From: Bugula neritina
Taxonomy: Eukaryota; Animalia; Bryozoa
NCBI GenBank assembly: GCA_964035545.1
Contig: OZ037770.1
Coordinates: 2,946,662 to 3,010,661 of the forward strand
DNA: 64,000 nucleotides
Reading direction: 5' to 3'
Shown: piece by piece, positions 25,709-38,400 of the stretch
Layout of the letters: each line of letters begins with the position of its first letter
Position numbering within the stretch: the stretch's first letter is position 1
The notes under the pieces: generated by a model
Told to the model about the DNA's origin: nothing
The model's input: the letters and a program-made list of their open reading frames with translations, nothing else
Databases searched by the model: none
Made by a program: the position numbers and the translations under genes

Positions 25709-26890
25709 TGTGTCAGCATGGATGCTGAGTGGCAGCACATATGCCAGACACAACTCAACCTTTTGCCTTAAGCCAACAGTTTATATTTCTCACAAAACTT
25801 TAACAATTATTTGGGCAATGAGGTCTAAATTGCCTGCAACTTTAACAAAACCAAACTTTCCTCTTTCAGTTCTTGAGCTGTATGCATACGCTGACACATC
25901 AAACAAAAGCTATCAGTAAAAGCTATTGCTAAAGCTATCACAAAAAGCTTTCATCAAACAATATTTTACTTAAATATAGTCGTGGTAGCTGGTTTTGTTA
26001 TAATATAGAAATTTTTGATATATGAAAATACTTCCTTGAGTTTATACACTTTATACACACTAAATCCAGCACTAATAGAAAAAGGTTTGAAATCACTTTA
26101 TTCCTAATTATTTAAATTCAACCATTAGATGATAAGCTACTGGTAAAGAGCATGTTACAGTTACAGTTTATAATCACTATATACATTTGAATCTAAACAT
26201 TGATTTATTGTTTAGACTCTTCCACAACAGAACTCACCTGCTACCACATGTCACCTGCCATCACTACCTGATAAACAAGTCTTCAGTTACCTGAGAAGTT
26301 TGGAAAGACTTGACAGAAAGGTTTTTGGGTTTGCATGTTTTTCTACTTTCAATTAATCACTCAGCATAATTTATCATTTGTTATCTATGTTCATATAGGC
26401 ACCAATGCTGAGAAATACTTAAACATTTGACCCTTTGAAGTTTAAACCTGCTATCAACATCCCTTAGTGTTAGTTATGTTCACCTAATATTTATATTACT
26501 ATAAGCACTGGTTTATCCAACTGTCTATCTCTTCTGTCAAACAAGCATCTGTTTCAATTTGTTTCTCTTTTAAACAATCTCCAAGTCTAGTAGCCATTAA
26601 CCTTTCTCTCAGTGACAGCTATGATCAGTTGATATCAACCTAGTAGACTGGATGGTTTTGATTATAAACACTGATATACATGTAATCATTGCCAACAGGA
26701 TATTTGGAATAAACTGCAATATCAGTCATACACTTCCCAAGTAACTAACCTCATCTCTAACAATTGACATTGTTGGCCTTTTTCAAAGAACTGTAAAAGG
26801 AAGTTATAGTTAATTGGTAACAGCTCTGTGATCAGTTGATATCAACACATGGTAGACTCTATGGCTTTGTATTGTATGTCACAGTGTGTG

Positions 26891-27620
26891 TTATAGAAAT
26901 AGTATACTAGGGAATTACTAGGTTATTATATAAATAATATACTAGGGAATTACTAGGTTATTATAGAAATAGTATACTAGGGAATTACTAGGTTATTATA
27001 TAAATAATATACTAGGGAATTACTAGGTTATTATAGAAATAGTATACTAGGGAATTACTAGGTTATTATAGATATAGTATACTAGGGAATTATTAGGTTA
27101 TTATAGAAATAGTATACTAGGGAATTACTAGGTTATTATAGAAATAGTATACTAGGGAATTACTAGGTTATTATAGAAATAGTATACTAGGGAATTACTA
27201 GGTTATTATAGAAATAGTATACTAGGGAATTACTAGGTTATTATAGAAATAGTATACTAGGGAATTACTAGGTTATTATGGAAATAGTATGCTAGGGAAT
27301 TACTAGGTTATTATAGAAATAGTTTACTAGGGAATTACTAGGTTATTATAGAAATGATACACTAGGGAACTACTAGGTTATTATAGAAATAGTTTGCTAG
27401 GGAATTACTAGGTTATTATAGAAATAGTATACTAGGGAATTACTAGGTTATTATAGAAATAGTATACTAGAGAATTACTAGGTTATTATAGAAATAGTAT
27501 ACTAGGGAATTACTAGGTTATTATAGAAATAGTATACTAGGGAATTACTAGGTTATTATAGAAATAGTATACTAGAGAATTACTAGGTTATTATAGAAAT
27601 AGTATACTATTAGGGAATTA
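26891..27620. repeat. 35-bp minisatellite (ggaattactaggttattatagaaatagtatactag), ~21 copies
   Basis: ggaat recurs at 27121, 27156 and 27191. Confidence 0.95.
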
Positions 27621-28381
27621 TGGATAGAAACAAGTGAATATAGTGGAAGACATGACTCTACGACCCTCATTCTGCTATTAGTGTCATAACTTATTTATAG
27701 TGGCCATGAGATATACTATGAAGTGTGATTGTTACAGAGTCCACAACTCCTAATTATTAAATGTCACTTTATTTATACAATTATAAATGACTATAAGAAT
27801 ACAAGTTAGGTTAGCTGCAGTACTCTATTAACTAAAGGCAGCACTCGATATCAGTATGAAAGATTTCTCTGACTATTGAGCTTCTCACAGTAGCTATGTT
27901 TTAGGAAGTTGGTTTTAGGGAAATTGATATATGCAGCGCAGAGTTGGGGGTCAACGAGTGTAGTGTTTAAGGGTCTACAGCGTTTAGTTTAATATATGAG
28001 TTGGCTTTATATAATAGGCTAAATCAGTGTTGCAGCTCCTGCACAACCCTGTATGACCATCTGAGACTGCTGTCGTGACCTCACACCTCGGTAAGCTGAT
28101 AGCTGACCTCTGACTCACCAGATACGCTGCCGGTTAGAAGACTGAGCCGAGGAGACACTACAGACAGCAACAAGAATAATCAAGGTAATTACTATCAAAT
28201 TACAACATAATATATGCATACATGTATAACAGAGTGAATATATAGCAACTGACTGTACCATCATGTTAATTAAAATTGTACAATTGAGTTATAACAATTA
28301 ACGACATCCTAATTCCTGCTATAACATAATTTATAATGTGTTTTTAAAATAACTGTGTGTATTTCTGCTGTTACTTCCAAG

Positions 28382-31300
28382 TCCCTACCAGAGAAGAGAC
28401 ACCTGCTAGCATTTGCCATCAGCCTGCCCTCAGCCTGCCATTAGCCTGCCATTAGCCTGTCATTAGCCTGCCATCAGCACTTTACTATACGTAAGCTCTA
28501 CCAGATAAATACAGCGACACAACACACCCGCTATCACCTGCCACAAAGTTGATCCTTCCTTAAGCTGACATACACAACCCTTCTGAACTACCTAGAAGTA
28601 AACTTCCCCTTTGTAAGTTCTTAATTATACCTTCTGTGTAACTCTGTCAACTATTACTCCGACTTCTCCAGTCATTTGGCTCAGAAAGCAAAGATTGATG
28701 GTTTGGAGAGACTTGATTGATTGTATTATATCCACCATTATTTATATAAAAGTTATGTATGTGCTGCTGACACATGTTTACTGTACAACCTATTTCTAGT
28801 TGAATATATCAACACTATAAGCTCTCATCTACATTTACATCCCTCTCAGTAGATCATATGGATACTCATATAAAGTATCAAGTTGTGCTTGATGTTTGTG
28901 ACAACTTATGGTTTTGGTTTGATTCTCTGTTTCCAAAGGTCAAATAAAGAATCCATTCCTCTGATGCTACCAATGAAAACGCAGCTATTGTTGAATAATT
29001 AGTCATACTTTCCCATTTTTAACTGAAAACTTATATATACTGTGGATTTTGAAGATAGTTTCATATAATGTGCTTCTTCTGCATGGTAATTCCAGACACC
29101 ACCCAAGTAAGAACACCTGCTAGCATCTGCCATCAGTACATTACCACAAGAACCTGCCTGCCACATCAGTAGCCAACCATATACATGGTTTTCAACTACC
29201 TAAGAGCAAGTGTCTTATATCTTGAAATGAAAATATACTTAAAACAGAGATGTAGTCTCACAAATTTGTTTCCAATATTAATTCTTCTATTAAGAGATAA
29301 TCATCTTTATTAAATATAGATTTCACATATATTTAATCTACATAACCTACATGTAACATATGTGACTTAAATGAACTGGTACCAGCTTAATTGTTTACTT
29401 TCAATAATTCATTTATATAAAATCTAATTCAACAAGATAAACTAATGTACTGTTTCTATCTTTAGCGTTGGATATTTAAAAAACAACAATTTGTTCTGTA
29501 GGCAATATAACCACAACACAACCCACCTGCTGCCACCTGCTACAAAGTTATTCACTACATGAGCTGACCCACACAATCCTTCTTGACTATCACAAAGTAA
29601 GTTTATACTCTCTCTGGAAACTGAGAAGTTAAATGTTCGATACTTTGCCTGTATTAACCAACAGCGTTTGATTCATTAATGCATAGAAAACTGCTAAAAG
29701 AATCTTTGACACACTTTACTTATGCTGTAGTAAAATATTCTTATATATATATATTAGTTTTCATCTACATACTGTTTTAAGATTGTATGCCTAACATTTT
29801 GCTTTCATGCAGCTAGTAATTTTAATATAGTAGCAGTTGTTACAGTAGCAGCATGTCACGTTCAGGTTTTATCATTATTTAGGCACTACCACAACATAAC
29901 ACCTGCTATCACCTGTCACAAAGTTTATCACTACATGAGCTGCCATAGACCCAACTACCTAGAAGTAAGTTTCTATCTTTTAAAAGTTAATTTTATTACC
30001 TGATAATATTGCACCTATATTGTTAACGTTTTAAAGTTCACTGGGTAGCTGACTTCGAACTTCATTTGCACTGATTGCAATAAGACTATGTTTGTAGTTA
30101 GAGTTTGTACAACTTAACATACATGTAAAATATTATACTTGGGAAGAGTTATAGTTGTAATTTACATAGCAGCTTATGTTATCGGGTAAGATAAAATAAA
30201 ATTAATATCAAAGTTATCATTAGAATCAAATTAATAAGACATATGGTTTTCTAAAGATATAACTAATATAATCATGAGATTTCACTTAGTATAAAATGTT
30301 ATATTTGTATTGTGCTATCTGTATTCACTAAGTACAATCACTATTAGAGTCACTTTTATACTCACAACTCATGAAGAATAAAGACAATAACATAATCTTT
30401 AGGCACTACCACAATATAGACTCTGCACCTGCTACAAATTCCTCACATAAACCACTGCCATCTAAACTACACACACCTCTTCCAGCACCTCAAGGTAAGC
30501 TTGCTTTTTCTGAATTAAGTTGGAAATAACAAAAGTTTAGAGTTTAGCTATTCATTTTGTCTTTTTTTGTATTCCGTATACTAGTGAGATTTCAGCAGTT
30601 TCATACTATCCCCATTTCATAGACGTCTTCTATCAATTTCTCCCCTTTCGGTAATTTCAATGGATATATATAATTAAAAAAGACTGGCATAGTATGATTC
30701 AATTTTGTTTTTCTATTAGAATTGGTTATAATAAAAAGGTTACATTATTATTGTGAATGAATAAACACACAGAGAAGTTAAATTAATAATAATGTGATGA
30801 CTGTAGCTGATGTTTTTGTGGCAGCTTGCCTGAGTGTGGTTCTGCTTTTCACTTATGGCAAATCTTGGATCACTTTGCAGGACATTTTGTCTTTTTTTGT
30901 ATTACAGCACCACAATACACCTGCTATCACCTGTCACACTACCTGAGCTGATACTGGATATCCTCCTCAAATACCTGTAATAAGTAGGTTTTCTATGCAT
31001 TAAAAGTGAAGTTTTTAATGACATAAAATAATCCAAAGCCTTCAAAATTTCTAAGCAATGTTGATTAGTTATAATTAGTTTCTTAACCAAAATAGTGCAA
31101 AATCTCAGCATTATTTTATTCTTATTTATTATTTGTTCATTTAGACACTACCACGACAGAACTCACCTGCTAGCACCTGTCACAGAGTTACTCACTGCCT
31201 AAAATAAACACACCATCAGTTACACAAAAGTAAGTTATCTTTTTTAAAACTGAAGTTTCCCTCTAATAATAATTTTCAAAATAACATAATGGTTATTATT

Positions 31301-34300
31301 TTATACTAAGATGAGTAAAGTATTTATCATGTTTATTGTATTTATTTTATTATCCTATTTACTAGTTTACTCAGTTGTCAACCAATTAAAATAAGTTTGG
31401 TGAATTTCAATCCAGTGAAGATGTTCGAAAATAATTTTAATGGACAAGTTATTTCATGTTTGAAAGAAAACATCTATAGAACTGATATTGACCTACTTTT
31501 TAACACCATTTTATGTCTTATTTGATGCTTATCAGTAAATATGAATATTAGAGTTGAGTTGAAGAGGACGTTACCATAAACAATTTTTGTTTTAAGATTT
31601 TGTGGTAAAAATGAACTCTCTTACATAACTTACCAGCGTTATTCAGAATTAAATTCACACACCTGTCAACACCTGTCAAAAATCTGTAATATGCATGTTT
31701 TTTGAACAGCTCTTCACTGATTGGTTTTTATTTTACCTAATATCAAATACAATACATTTCTATAGTTGTTTGACTAACAGCTTGCAATGTTATTTTAAAC
31801 AAAGCTAAACGCAAGCTTTTGCTGCTATTTCTAGGCCACACCACCCAAGTAGAAGACACCCATTTCTACCAAAGATTGCCTCTCGCAGCCTGGTGGTAAA
31901 AATAAACTCTCTTACATAATTTATCAGTGTTATTTGAAAGTCAATTCACACACCTGCCAACACTTGTCAAATCTCTGTAATATGCAGTATTTTTGTTCAA
32001 CAGCTTTTAGCTTACTGGTTTCTATTTAGCTTAATGTCACTCTCAACACAATTTTAGTTGTGATTTTAACAGACTGTACTAAATGCATAGTTTTGCTACT
32101 ATTTGTAGGTCACACCATCCAAGTAGAAGACACCTGCTAGCACCTGCCATACACCCATTTCTACAAAAGACTGCCTGTCACAGCCTCACCATACAAATAC
32201 CTGTCAAAGCAACACAACACACCTGCTATCACCTGTCACCCAGCCTCTCAACTGCCAATAAAAAGTCACTATTTATACTTTCTAAAAGTAAGTTTCTCTT
32301 TCTTAAAGTGAATATTTTGATACTACAAAGTTTAAGATGTATACAATTGTCACTAAAGTAATTTTGTTTTTAATAAGATATACATATCTGCTAGATTTGT
32401 AATTCTTTTTCTCAAATATTTTAATTATATTTATAGTCACTAAACCTAATTAATATTAGAATACTTTTCAATTACTTTGTAGTCTAAACATAATTACATT
32501 ATCTATTATTTAGACACTACCACATCAGAACCCACCTGCTAGCACCTGTCACAAGTTACTCACTGCTTACAATAACTGCACATCTTCAGTTACGTAAAGG
32601 TAAGGTAAATATTGTAAAAGTAAAGTTATTATCTAAGAATAATTTCTCAAAATAACATAATGCTTATGATTTTCATATTGAGGTGACTAAAGTATTTATC
32701 AGATATATTGCATATATTTAATTATATCTCACTAGTTTCCTAAGTTGTCAACCTATTTAAACATTAATTTTGCATTTTAATTTAGCGAAGATGTATGAAA
32801 GCACATTTAACTACTTTTATTATATTGGAAATCAGGTAATTCTTTTTACAAAAATGACGTCGAAAGAAAACAACCATTTGTCAATCTTTATTTTGCGAGG
32901 ATGTTTAAAAACCCTTCTAATGGACATCTTTTTTTTCACTTGCATCCTTCCCTTAGTGTTTTAAAAGCCAGTCAAGATTTTACCAAAAATATAATAAAAG
33001 AAAACATCTATATAACTAAATTTGACCTACTTTTTACCACCATTTTATGTCTCCTTTGATTCTTTAACAGTGAACATAAATATTAGAGTTGAGATGAAGT
33101 GGGCGTCACTAAAATTTGTTGTGATTTTAAACAGGCTAAATGTAAACTCTTGCTGCTATTTGTAGACCACACCACCCAAGCAGAAGACACCTGCTATCAC
33201 CTGCCATACACCCATTTCTGCAAAAGACTGCCTGTCACAGCCTCACCATACAAGCGCCCGTTGAAGCAACACAACGCACCTGCTATCGCCTGCCACAAAG
33301 TTGAGCCTCACTTAAACTAAGATAAACAATCCTCATCAACTACCTATAAGTAAGTTTCTCCCACGAGTGAAGTTTTTACCAACTAATAACAACATTTTAC
33401 AGAAGCTTTTTGACACCCATACAATATTTCTCTTCCCTGACATATAGTTTTTCTCAGTTGCTGCATCAGTATAAGAAGTTTAAATTAAATAGTGACTCTG
33501 TTAAAATATAGAATTGTTGCTTTAGGAAGGTGTATATGTCAAACACAATGTATTCCTGTTGCTCTATTTTTATGCAGCTCCAGTAAAAACCTAAAATATA
33601 TGTATGTATTTTTTATTAAAAAAATTAACTCATCAGAATGAAGATTACAGAAAGTCTTACATGTAACATTTGATTTAGAAGAACTATGCAGTGTTGCAGT
33701 TCTCTTGATTTTTACCAGTTTTACCGCAAGTTTGAGACCTTTCGTTATTTTTATATTCATAATTATGTAGAATATAAATGTGAGTTTGCTTTGTAGACAC
33801 TACCACAACAGAACCCACCTGCTATCACCTGTCACAAAGTCTACCACTGCATAAAACCAACACATGTCTTTAATTACCTAAAAGTAAGTTTTTTTTACAT
33901 TTGAAATATTATGTTTTTATTAGCTGACTAAAATTTCTACTTTCTTTACAGTCAATGTCCTTCATTATACTTTACTGGTTTATCTTTCCAGTGAGGAAAA
34001 TTTTGTAGAGCAGACTTTTACTTTCAGCTTTTTTTTCGTATTAAAATAATCACGAAGTGCAGTTTTTCTTTTGCATTTCTCATTCAACTAATAACTAAGT
34101 GCAGTTTCTATTCTATATTCCCCATTCACATAAGCAGTAGAGCATCCAGTTACATAATTTACTCTTTGAAGTTTACAAAGCTTTCTGTGGTTGTTATATT
34201 TAACCTTGATAGTAGACTGATAGTTGCTATGGTTACGACTACAAACACTTGTATATATGTAGACATTGTCAACAAGCTATTTGTTTCAGCAATTAAAATT

Positions 34301-35227
34301 ATGATTGGATGATATTTGTTGAGCAAATGTTTCCCTGAAATTAAACATTTCTACCTACTATCATATTATACTGCATGTGTTGAGTTTATACTGGTTAGGA
34401 AAATGTAGTCTTGAAAATATATGCAGTCCTCGAACTCATTTCTCTGATGAATATTTTATCAGTTTGAATTAACATATCCTTTGGTTGCTGGTGTTGCTAA
34501 TAATAATACTGTAGACTAACTGGTAGCTGCTATGAAAGTATGACCTTCTTGTTTGTTGAGTTAATTACCAAATCTTTACCTTGTTGGCATACTGATTTAT
34601 GAAATGTTTTGTGAAAATAAATTCATGTAATTCTACTGCTGCTTTTAGACACCACCCAACTAGAAGACACCTGTCAGCACCTGTCATCAGCGCATTACCA
34701 CCAAAGTCTGCCTGTCACAGCCTCACCATATATATATACAGGGCACTACAACACACCTGCTATCACCTGTCACAAAGTTGACTCTACCTCAGTTGACATA
34801 GACCACCCTCCTTTATTAATTTGAAGTAAGTTTCTGATTTTATTCTAATTTTAAAATTTCACAGCTTCGTCAATTGAATTTTGCAATTGCTTTGAAGCAA
34901 AAGAAATGAGAAAAACTTGAATGTAAAACTATTTTAACAGATTAATAAAATTGCAGCATTGACCGTTATTTAGTTTAAGTTTAGATAACTTCACATTGTG
35001 GTGCACATTTTGCTGCTATTTTATATTCTGGTAACCAGCTACGTTTTTATTACAAGTTACTTTTATAAGGAAAGCAATTGATTTATTTTTTAACCAAATT
35101 ATATGCAATTTCTCATAATCTAAACATTATTCTATTCTTTAGGCACTATCACAACAGAACCCACCTGCCCCCACCTGTCACAAAGTATATGACTGCCTGG
35201 CAAATAACACAGCTCTTCAATTATTCA
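28382..35227 (+). other. Array of ~14 paralogous, apparently non-coding exon-like modules with a paired CACCTG core
   Basis: Modules at 28382-28597, 29096-29205, 29502-29596, 29883-29964, 30403-30494, 30908-30983, 31145-31229, 31835-(truncated), 32109-32287, 32514-32599, 33166-33349, 33797-33883, 34649-34825, 35143-35227. Nearly all follow a T-rich tract plus YAG, and most end at GTAAG. Confidence 0.7.
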
Positions 35228-35496
35228 GTAAGTTTCTCTCTTTTGATAGTGTAATATATAATAATAAAAGGTTACAATCTAGTTAGTAGTTTCTTTTTGA
35301 GATGACTAAAATATTTATCAGGTTTATTTAGAAACTGCAGGAATTACCAATAAAGTGTAAGAAAATGAGAAAGGCTAGAAAAAAAAATTGCTACCTTTTT
35401 GAATTTAATACCTATTCCTAAAAAGTTGAAATACATTGTATCTCTTTGCAGAGATATGTATAATAACTTACTCACTTATCTTGTTGACAGTAAGTA

Positions 35497-38400
35497 ATGG
35501 AGGGCTATAGAGACATTGGGAAGTTGGATGAATTGACAGAGAAATACCAGAATGAGGCAAGAGATTCAAAGGGCGACTGGGTGCCTTACCTTAAGGTATG
35601 TATAGGTGACTAATTAATGTACATACTTATTACTTGAGTCTCAAAATTGTTTGTGATGGGTATGTATAATGAATATAATGAATACTGTGGTATTGTATTT
35701 AGGCTCATGGGTTGGCCAACAGATGTCTTGCCAGAGAATGGACAGCAGAAAGACAGCGTAAAGTCTATGACATAGAGGATAGCTGGTACAAAGGTAGGCA
35801 TCCACTTACATATGAGGAACACAAACAACAAACAACCAAACACTTACAGCTACTCAGAGAGTACAGAGATGAAACTAAATATGACTTTGACTCTATTGAT
35901 ACAAAGCATTTAAACCTTGACAGTTACCCTTCAAAAGATCAACTGTCTTCCTTTTCTGATACTGTATTTAAACTAAGTCAGAAATGTAGTAACCTATTTA
36001 TTTCAGTCTGTGCGTCCATTATGCAGTCAAGTGTTGATAATCTTAGTAAATTAGGTTTGGAGGTTCCTTGTTCTTTTGCTGTGATTGCATTGGGTTCTGT
36101 TGCTCGTGGTACAGCCACTCCTTACTCTGACTTAGAATATGCCTTCATTGTGGAGTCTGACAGTCACATGGACTACTTCACTAAGTTAGCTGTTGATAGC
36201 TACTTTAGGATAGGAAACATGGGAGAATCTCCCTTGAAGTGCTTTGATATTACTGAAATAGACAAGTCCTACAATGACGATGTGACTGTTGGGTTTCACA
36301 TTGATGGCATATCGAAGAAAGCAGGGAATATCCCTACTGGAAGAGGTGATGGTGCTAAGAACTTGATCCTGATGCCAGATCAGTTAACCTGTGTGTATAG
36401 GGAAGCGTTGTGTTCACCTGCTGGTGACACAGCAGATATTGGTGACATTCTCTCTTCTTCAGTGTTGGTTTATTCCCACAAAAGTGGTGATGCTCTTTAT
36501 GAAACAGTGAAAGAAAGTTTTCATAAAATCTTAGCAGAAGAAAGCTCGAGCGCATTGCTAATAAAAAAGCGATTGGCAGTGTTGGAAAATGACGTGAATA
36601 CGTATAACTTCCAACCTAGTTTTGAGTCTTTCGGGCCTCCAGACAACACCCAGCTGAAAGTGAAGTCCGAATTATTTCGATACCCAACACTTTTGGTTGA
36701 TCATCTCCGAATGCTGTTAGGTTTCCCTGAAACAAAACCTTGGTTGGTAAATGAGAAACTGAAAGAATGTGGGTATATAGATGAAACACAATGTTTCAGA
36801 CTAAACCTAGTATCAGCTTTAGCTATATACATAAGGACAGCAGCTTGTATTCAGCTACAATCTCAGCAAGATAAATTTTCACTGTATCCTGCAGTAAAAT
36901 CAAACAGAAAAGTTTATTGCTTATCACCTGATATTTTCATCCTGATGATCTACACAATTGCCCCTTTCAAATTATGTATTGCCAAAAATTTAGTTCCATT
37001 AACTAGTCTTGACACAACAGATAAGGTTGATGTAATGAAGCGTTTAGTAAGCAATTTAAATATGCAGAGTCCATCTTTTATGGTAAAAGCTGAAGCTGAG
37101 TATTTCTGTGGATCCTATAAACAGGCAATAAAAACATTTAAAACCAACTGTGGTGAAGGAGTATTTGCTGAGAGACCTGATTCATTTGCAACACTTGTAA
37201 AAAAAACATCAGAAACATCAAGATTGTTGAGTAGTGGCTCAAAGGAAGTAAAAACTTCTCATCAACTCGTCGAACTGGCAGCCTATTTGTTATATTCTTC
37301 ACAAAATTTCCAGTTTTCTTTAAAATATTTTACTTGGCTAGCAGAAAATTCTAAAGAAACTCCAATTGATGTGTTGAAGTGGAAGATTTTGGCCACAGAT
37401 TGTGCTAACAAACTTCACAGCTATACTGATGCATTTTCACTGCTTGGAGATGTTTACTCTACTCTAAAGACCAAGTTTAACATGAGTAAAGGGCAAACTC
37501 TGTTCAGGTTTGTACAAAAGATGTCTACAAACTGGAAAATTCCAGATGAAGACCAGCGATGGTTTGAAATCACTGCACAAGCTTTCAGAATCCTCAGTGA
37601 AGCATGTAAAAACACAAAAAACTACATACAAGCAGAGGAAATGGCTAATGCTGCCGTCACAGTTTTTGACAGACTGCACTCAGAAGACAAACAGGAAAGA
37701 CTTGATTGCCATTACATTGAGCTGATAGTATCATTAGCTTTAATATATTCAAAGAAAGGAAAGCATGAGACAGGTATACAGTACCTGAATCACTACCTTG
37801 ATGAGTTGATAAAGCTGCACACTGACTGTGTTGATCACCCAGATGTCGCAATACTACTGAGAGGGTTGGGACTAATTTATGAAAATATTGAAGACTATGA
37901 AATGTCTTTGCATTTCTATAGCAGAGCTTTGTATATGACAGAGAACCTGTACACCACAACTGATCATGGCAGTGTTGCTCAGTGTTATAGAGATGTGGCA
38001 GCTCTGGAAGTCAAAAGGTCAAACTATGATGCAGCACTGAAGAATTATCAGACAGCTAGACACATATATGATACTGTAGAGGCAGGCAATCATGAAAAAG
38101 CTAGTCTACTAGTAGAGGTGGGATTCCTTCACAGTCTTATGGGAGATTATGACTCAGCCCTTTCAAGTCTCAGCTCAGCTCTTAAGATTTCACAGGCTAC
38201 AGCAGAGACCACCCACATAGACATTGCAGACATACACTCTGCTTATGGTAGAGTATATAGTGAGATGGGAATGGAAGAGCTTGCACTCAAATATCATGCA
38301 ATGGCTTTAGAAATAACCAAAAACATATTTAATGAGATTAAGGACATCCCAATACTGGCCCAACTTCATGGAGAAATGGGGAAGTTTTCTATAGACTTAG

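Noticed and set aside
25294-25758. Tyr/Leu/Thr-rich ORFs
   Set aside because: Translations of a (TAG)n microsatellite.
30790-30835. C/D-box snoRNA in a spacer of the module array (gtgatga...ctga)
   Set aside because: Too short, no terminal stem, and not repeated in other spacers.
28382-35227. CRISPR-like array, or coding exons of a mucin-like protein
   Set aside because: The modules are long, degenerate and irregularly spaced, there are no cas genes, and the context is eukaryotic. Stops and inconsistent phases rule out a shared intact reading frame, although a long-dead coding ancestor cannot be excluded.
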